A stretch of DNA of 64,000 nt from Thermoplasmata archaeon (lineage in GTDB: Archaea; Thermoplasmatota; Thermoplasmata; Lutacidiplasmatales; UBA184), in contig DAHUZP010000001.1 in assembly GCA_027306505.1 (NCBI GenBank), positions 120,932 to 184,931 on the forward strand, written 5' to 3'. The notes beneath the pieces are model-generated. The model saw nothing but the letters and a program-made list of their open reading frames with translations. It was not told the DNA's origin and ran no database searches. This document shows positions 58,625 through 64,000 of the stretch, one piece after another (the stretch's first letter is position 1; each line of letters opens with the position of its first letter). The position numbers and the translations under genes were made by a program.

Positions 58625-59668
58625 CTATACTCTTGCGGCGCGGGCCGCAGGCGGAGCCGAGAGCGTCCGCTTCATCCGGTCGATCCCCATGATCGGGACC
58701 GGGTCGACCCCTCGCAAGCGGGCGGACCAGAGCGTGACGTAGTCCGCGGCCCAGAGGAGGTCAAGAAGCTCCGCGAGCGCTCCACGGGAGGGGGAGGCAT
58801 AGGTCTCGACCCCGACGCCCTTCTCCCGTAAGGCGCGCTCGAGGTACTGGGCCCGGCCATCCGCTTCCGGTCCCTCCCCGCCGCCGCGCAGGAGGACGAC
58901 GAAACGGTCGCGGGCCCGCTCGGGGGCCAGGACCTCCCAGGGCACGATCGCGTTGTGGAGGAGCTCAGGGAAGGTGTCGAAGTGGGAGAGCACCTTCGCG
59001 TTCTCCTCGGCCTGGGTCTTCCAGCGACGCGCGACCGCGGCGAGAGCGTCCGGGGCGTAGACCCAGAGGTCACGAGCACCCCCCCAAGCTTCCGCGATGG
59101 CCCGGGGCCTACCGGACCCTCCGGAGAACTCCTCCGCCCGCGCATCCAGCGACTCGGAGGCCCGGGGAAGGTCCCGAACCGTGCCAGGTAGTGCTTCTCG
59201 TAGGACACCAGCGAGGGCGCCCATGAGGTAGCCCAGGCTGGCTCGCGGAGGCTGTCCTCCCGGCACTTGGACCTGGAGCAGACCCTCCTTCTTCGCGAGC
59301 TCGCCCAGGCGCCCGCCTGAAGCGACCACCGCCCGCTCCACCCCCCGCCGTCCGGCCTCTTCGAAGGAGGCGAGCGTCTCCGCCGTGTCTCCGGAGTAGC
59401 TCACCGCGACCAGAGGGACCGGGGGCCGCACCCAGGTCGGGAGGTGCGAGCCGCGGACCGGGAGCAACGGGGTTTCGCTCTCCCGCGAAGCGAGCGACGC
59501 GAGGAGCTCTCCGGCGATCCCGCTCCCACCCATCCCCGCGACGGCGACCGGGACACCGGGGCGGAGCGCGAAGTCGTGGCGAGGGACGCTCCTGAGACCG
59601 TCACGAAGCTGTCGGGGGAAGGCGGCGGCCAAGGCCCACATCCGGCCCTCGCCCTCGGGAGCGGTCAC
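58625..59668 (-). CDS. Bifunctional phosphoglucose/phosphomannose isomerase (SIS)
   Basis: GMGGSG, SYSGDTAET, PRASLG, RWKTQAEENAK, PELLHN. Confidence 0.92.
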   Translation of the reverse strand: MTAPEGEGRMWALAAAFPRQLRDGLRSVPRHDFALRPGVPVAVAGMGGSGIAGELLASLASRESETPLLPVRGSHLPTWVRPPVPLVAVSYSGDTAETLASFEEAGRRGVERAVVASGGRLGELAKKEGLLQVQVPGGQPPRASLGYLMGALAGVLREALPGTVRDLPRASESLDARAEEFSGGSGRPRAIAEAWGGARDLWVYAPDALAAVARRWKTQAEENAKVLSHFDTFPELLHNAIVPWEVLAPERARDRFVVLLRGGGEGPEADGRAQYLERALREKGVGVETYASPSRGALAELLDLLWAADYVTLWSARLRGVDPVPIMGIDRMKRTLSAPPAARAARV

Positions 59669-59980
59669 GCCCCGTCCAAGGGGTGGCCCTAGATAGCTCT
59701 TCGACCCGAGGTGGCACGCCCCGTCGGACCGACCCCACGGCGCGCGAGGGCGAGACCGCGCCCGGGGGACCCACCGAGGGGGGCGGCCCGCTGGGGCAGC
59801 TCTGCCAAGGGGGGATCCGGCGAAGTACCCTGCCCCTATCGGGCGGTAGCCTTAACAGCCCTCTCTACCCTCCCTTCCCCGAGCGATCTTGCGGCCTGCC
59901 CTTTCCCCATTCTCCCGTCGTTCCCGGTCCACATCTCCCTCGGGAACTTGGCTCGCGGAATAGAGAGGGCGGCATAGCGG

Positions 59981-62900
59981 ATGCAGCGGGCGTTCCTGGG
60001 ACCCCACATCAAGATCCCGACGGGGATCGATGGGTTGGACCGGATGCTCCAAGGCGGCGTCCTGCCCGGACGCCCATACCTCGTGGTGGGCCCTCCCGGG
60101 AGCGGGAAGACCACCCTCGCGCTGGAGTTCCTTCTACGGGGAGTTCGACAGGGCGAGGACGTGCTCTACGTCACGCTCGAGGAGCCCCCGAACGAGCTTC
60201 GGGAGAACTTCGCCGGTCTCGGCGAGGGGCTCGACAAGATCTGGGTCTTCGACGCGATCCCCGACATCATGCGCTACGAGAAGACCCCGTTCAAGGACAT
60301 CGCGGCGGTCCGCAGCGCGACGCGCCTGGGGGATATCCCTACCGAGATCCGGAAGACCGGGGAGTTCACCAGCGTCGAGATCACTTTCAGCGCGCTGATG
60401 CAGACGCTCAAGATGGAGACCGTCCGGCGGCTCTACAGCCGGATCGTGATCGACTCGCTCACGGCGCTCCAATACTTCTGCATGAAGGGCTTCGACGAGG
60501 CCCAAGGAGCCCAGGCCTTCCTCCGTTTCCTCTCGGACCTCAGGATCACCTCGCTGCTCACCGTCGAGGCTCCCGAGAACGGACGACCGACCGCGGAGCG
60601 CCTCCTCGCCCGAGGGGAGATCCACCTCTTCCGTTGGGACATCGCCGGAAGCATGGTGCGGGCAATCGGGATCGAGAAGATCCGCGGGAGCCCCCACGAC
60701 CACCGGTTGCACCCCTTCCGGGTCTCCTCGCACGGGCTCGACGTGGACACCAGCGTCGCGATCTCCCGCAACACCCGGACCGTGGTGTCGGTGCCTTCGG
60801 AAGAACCGGAGGCGACGACCGAGCCCTCGGAGACCGAGCTCATGATCGAGGCGCGTCGGGCCATCCTCACGATCCAGGAGGATGTCCAGGACCTCCTCGA
60901 CGTGGGGGTCGACGTGGACATGGTCCGGGAGCTGGTCCAGCAGGCCCACGGAGCGCTCTCGCGGATGCAGACCCGAGAGTCGCTGCGCCTCCTTCTCGAG
61001 GCCCGTCAGCTGGTGAACCACCTGGTGCTGGGCTACCAGGTGTCCCAGGAGTTCGCCGCGAAGGGGGCCCAGGCGAGCTGGCCTTCCCTTGCGATGCGTA
61101 GGCAGGTGGAGGCTACGCTGGGTCGCGTGGCCACCACCGCACCCGACTCAGGCACCGCGCCGAAGGCCGCCCCCGTCGCCGCTTCTCCCTCGGTCGCCCC
61201 GGTCGGACCAAGCGTTCACGGCCCGAGCGGACCTGGGGTCGGGGAGACCACGGCGCCGCCACGTCCGGCGACGTCGCCGCTCCCCGCGCTGTCGCAAGCG
61301 ACTCGCGAGTCCGCGGCGAACCTGCTCCCGCTCCTCACCCGTCTCATGGGCGCGCTGGGGAGCAAGTCGAACAGCAGCATCGCCGAGAACCTGCCGGCGG
61401 CGCTCATCCAGCGGGCGGCCGCGGTCGCCGGTGCTCAGAACATTCCGGGCCTCCTCCCGCCGCCGGAAGCGACGACCGCTCCCCCCCCAGCACCCACCCC
61501 CGCGACACAGGACGCGCCTGCGACCCACGCGGCCGAGCCTTCGGTTACGTCTGGAACCGGAGGGGCTGGCGCTCCCCCCACGAACGCCTCGGCCCCCGCG
61601 ATCACCGCCCGCTCTGAGCGTTCGGTTCCCGCGCCCTCTCCTGTGGCCCCCCCACCCCCCGTGACGCCCGCGGTCGTGGCCCCCGCGGCCGCTCCTGCTC
61701 CTCGCTCCCCAGCGCCGGCCGCTCCGAGCGCTCCACCTCCGGTCGGCCAACCCTCGCGGGCGGTCGTCGGCGCGGCGCAGCATCCGTCGGCCACCGGCCC
61801 GGCCTCCCCTGCGACTCCAGCGTCGGAGACCCCTGCACGTCCGGTGGCGGGGCCTGCTTCACCCATGGGAACGAGTCCCACCCCGCCGACCTCACCTCCC
61901 CCGGTTCGGCCTCCCGTCGGCCCGCCCGCCAGCCAGACTTCCCCTACGACGGCTCGACCCTCGGCGCCCTCTTCTTCGACTGCTTCCGTTCCTGGGGTTC
62001 CGCGACCCGCCGCCTCCGCGCCTGAACGACCCGGTGCCCCGTCCGGGGGAGGGGTTCCGCCCGGGCCGTCGTCGGCCCCTGGAGCGACGCCGGTCCCTCG
62101 AGCGACCCCCGTCGCTTCCCAGGCTCCGCAACCTCGCCCGGCTCCCTCCGCGGCAGCCCCACCTGCAGCTCGGGGGCCCGCGAGCGCGGTTCCCCCTTCG
62201 AACCCTCAGCCTCGCCCTACCCCCTCCTCGAGCACGGGTCCAGTTCCCTCAGCGGCGCGACCGCAGCCGGGGAACGTTCCACCGCAGGCCCCCCGCGCCC
62301 CGGGGACGTCACCCCTACCCCCAGCGCCGAAGATGCCCGGTTGGGCCCCCCTGCCACCCGTGCCGAAGATCCCCAGCCTTGCCCCCAATATCGCGAAACC
62401 TCCTGCAACATCTCCGAACCTATCCGGCGACCCCGCCGCAGCCCGTGCTCCGGGCGCCTCCAGCGGGTCGACCGAAGGGAAGCCTGCGTCACCTTCCGCA
62501 GCGCCTGCAGCGACCCTGCCGCCAGCAGCCTCAAGCCCGGGCCGCGAACCTGTCGCTGCGCAGACCCCTTCGGCCCCGACGGCGAGACCCGCTTCCCAGG
62601 CAGTTTTCCCCACCAGTCCTAGGGCGCCCTCCCCTACGCCCGCGGGCCCGGGCCCATCGGGGGTTCCGGCCCCCGCCCCGACCCCTCGCTCCACCGCGTC
62701 AGAGTACTCGGCAACGACCCCCACCGGCGAGCGCACGCTGCCTGGTGCCTGGTCCAACGCCCCGCCGCGAGCCCCTTCCACCGGCCCCACCCCAGCACCT
62801 GGTCCCGGGGGCGCACCGCCGTATTCCTCCACGGCACGAACCACGCTTCCCCCGAACAGGACCACCGGTGGTCCGCAACCGAGCGAGGGGCCGTCCGGCC

Positions 62901-63928
62901 GGGTGGGAGCTCCTGTGACCCGCCCGAACCAGGTCCCGCCCCAGCGTGCAGGACCGCTGAGCGGTTCCGGAAGGATCGGGCCCTCCACGTCGCCACCCAC
63001 CTATCGTCCGCCCGCGGGCAGTGGGATCCGGGAGGTGACCCGTCCGGCGGGCCCGACCACCGGCGCGGGGACTCCTGTGGACGCGAGGCCGCACTCCCCT
63101 CCCGGCAGCACGGGACCTGCCGCCGTCGCGACAGCCGCCCCCGTGTCTCCACCCGCCGCGCCTCCTCCGGAACCGAGCGTGGCCGCACCCGTTCCTCCAC
63201 CGCCCGAGGCTTCCCCCCCATCCGCTCCACCCGCTCCCGCTGCGGAGCCCGAGCCCGCGCCGCCTTCACCACCGCCGCCTCCGCCACCCCCTCCTGAGGG
63301 AACCCCGGCACCAGAGGTGCCCATCACCCCTCCGGGGCTGCCACCTCCGCCGGCCCAGGAGCCGCCGTCGGTGGCCCCGGACGTCGCCGAGGCCGACTCG
63401 GGCCCGGCAGCGCTCGCTCGAGCCCCGATCGACCGCGAGCTCGTTCAGGACGCCGCTCCGAGCCCATCCGAGGAGCCCGAGCAGCCCCCCAACTCCGTCG
63501 AGCCCCCCGCTCAAGCTGAGCCGACTCGAGAGGGCAGCCTCCCCGCCGACCACCCAACGGAAGCCCAGGTCGACTCCGCGGAACCGTCCTTCGCTCAGGC
63601 GCCCGCCCGGACGGAAGGTGCCCCTGCTGAGACCCCTCAGGCCCCCGAGACCAGGCCCGCGGACGAGGCGGCCGCACCGACCTCACCGGAAGGGCCCGGG
63701 ACCGAAGAGGCATCGCGTCCGAAGGCGCGCAAACGGAGGTCCACGGGCACCCGCTCGAAGCGACGCAAGAAAGGCGCCTCCATCGAGGAGAGCGTGTCGA
63801 GCGCCGCAGTGAAGACGGCGGACGGAGAGGCCGCCCCCGAAGCGGAGGAGGTCGCCGCTCCAGGGCCTGGTTCGGACGAAGGAGACCCTTCCTCGGAGCC
63901 TTCGACCCGCGAGGACACGGGGAGCTAG
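59981..63928 (+). CDS. KaiC/RAD55-family ATPase with a very long Pro/Ala-rich tail
   Basis: IPTGIDGLD, GPPGSGKT, TLEE, IVIDS, EKIRG; then a helical bundle and about 900 aa of low-complexity sequence, all in one open frame. Confidence 0.85.
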   Translation: MQRAFLGPHIKIPTGIDGLDRMLQGGVLPGRPYLVVGPPGSGKTTLALEFLLRGVRQGEDVLYVTLEEPPNELRENFAGLGEGLDKIWVFDAIPDIMRYEKTPFKDIAAVRSATRLGDIPTEIRKTGEFTSVEITFSALMQTLKMETVRRLYSRIVIDSLTALQYFCMKGFDEAQGAQAFLRFLSDLRITSLLTVEAPENGRPTAERLLARGEIHLFRWDIAGSMVRAIGIEKIRGSPHDHRLHPFRVSSHGLDVDTSVAISRNTRTVVSVPSEEPEATTEPSETELMIEARRAILTIQEDVQDLLDVGVDVDMVRELVQQAHGALSRMQTRESLRLLLEARQLVNHLVLGYQVSQEFAAKGAQASWPSLAMRRQVEATLGRVATTAPDSGTAPKAAPVAASPSVAPVGPSVHGPSGPGVGETTAPPRPATSPLPALSQATRESAANLLPLLTRLMGALGSKSNSSIAENLPAALIQRAAAVAGAQNIPGLLPPPEATTAPPPAPTPATQDAPATHAAEPSVTSGTGGAGAPPTNASAPAITARSERSVPAPSPVAPPPPVTPAVVAPAAAPAPRSPAPAAPSAPPPVGQPSRAVVGAAQHPSATGPASPATPASETPARPVAGPASPMGTSPTPPTSPPPVRPPVGPPASQTSPTTARPSAPSSSTASVPGVPRPAASAPERPGAPSGGGVPPGPSSAPGATPVPRATPVASQAPQPRPAPSAAAPPAARGPASAVPPSNPQPRPTPSSSTGPVPSAARPQPGNVPPQAPRAPGTSPLPPAPKMPGWAPLPPVPKIPSLAPNIAKPPATSPNLSGDPAAARAPGASSGSTEGKPASPSAAPAATLPPAASSPGREPVAAQTPSAPTARPASQAVFPTSPRAPSPTPAGPGPSGVPAPAPTPRSTASEYSATTPTGERTLPGAWSNAPPRAPSTGPTPAPGPGGAPPYSSTARTTLPPNRTTGGPQPSEGPSGRVGAPVTRPNQVPPQRAGPLSGSGRIGPSTSPPTYRPPAGSGIREVTRPAGPTTGAGTPVDARPHSPPGSTGPAAVATAAPVSPPAAPPPEPSVAAPVPPPPEASPPSAPPAPAAEPEPAPPSPPPPPPPPPEGTPAPEVPITPPGLPPPPAQEPPSVAPDVAEADSGPAALARAPIDRELVQDAAPSPSEEPEQPPNSVEPPAQAEPTREGSLPADHPTEAQVDSAEPSFAQAPARTEGAPAETPQAPETRPADEAAAPTSPEGPGTEEASRPKARKRRSTGTRSKRRKKGASIEESVSSAAVKTADGEAAPEAEEVAAPGPGSDEGDPSSEPSTREDTGS

Positions 63929-64000
63929 AGCTCCCGGGAGGTTGTGGGACGAATGGTGGTAGGGCGAGGCCGACAGGACGGACGCGCGGGCTCCGGCATC

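Noticed and set aside
59981-60760. Circadian clock KaiC
   Set aside because: Single ATPase domain and no kaiA/kaiB. It fits the broad archaeal KaiC/RAD55-like family.

Overview
High-GC (about 70% by eye) archaeal chromosomal window, most consistent with a Thermoplasmata lineage. Evidence: TFB-Gar1, S17e/S19e/L31e/L39e/aIF-6, Trm1, archaeal tRNAs, TATA boxes, PKD/Kelch surface proteins, KaiC-like ATPases and a TPP riboswitch. Housekeeping content includes purQ, purN, uvrB, Lhr, LarE, TldD/TldE, PGI/PMI, a SAMP/MoaD protein, tRNA-Pro(CGG), tRNA-Ser(CGA), a riboswitch-controlled thiBPQ transporter and a MacB-type ABC exporter. The best candidate for an undescribed system is 32.4-41.2 kb. There a TerY-P-like triad (PP2C phosphatase, vWA/MIDAS protein, atypical Ser/Thr kinase) is split and rearranged around a 1600-aa receptor-like protein: two Kelch propellers, about 6 PKD/Ig domains, a TM helix and a cytoplasmic TrmB-like winged helix. 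Other notable items: an hcrCAB-like molybdoenzyme cluster with the [4Fe-4S] insertion, followed by a miniature SerK-like kinase; a 1241-bp internally deleted IS with 27-bp TIRs and an 8-bp target repeat present three times just upstream of the gar1-tfb promoter; two unusual KaiC-domain fusions; a pseudo-receiver protein; and an MFS pseudogene. All calls come from reading motifs by eye; no database searches were run.
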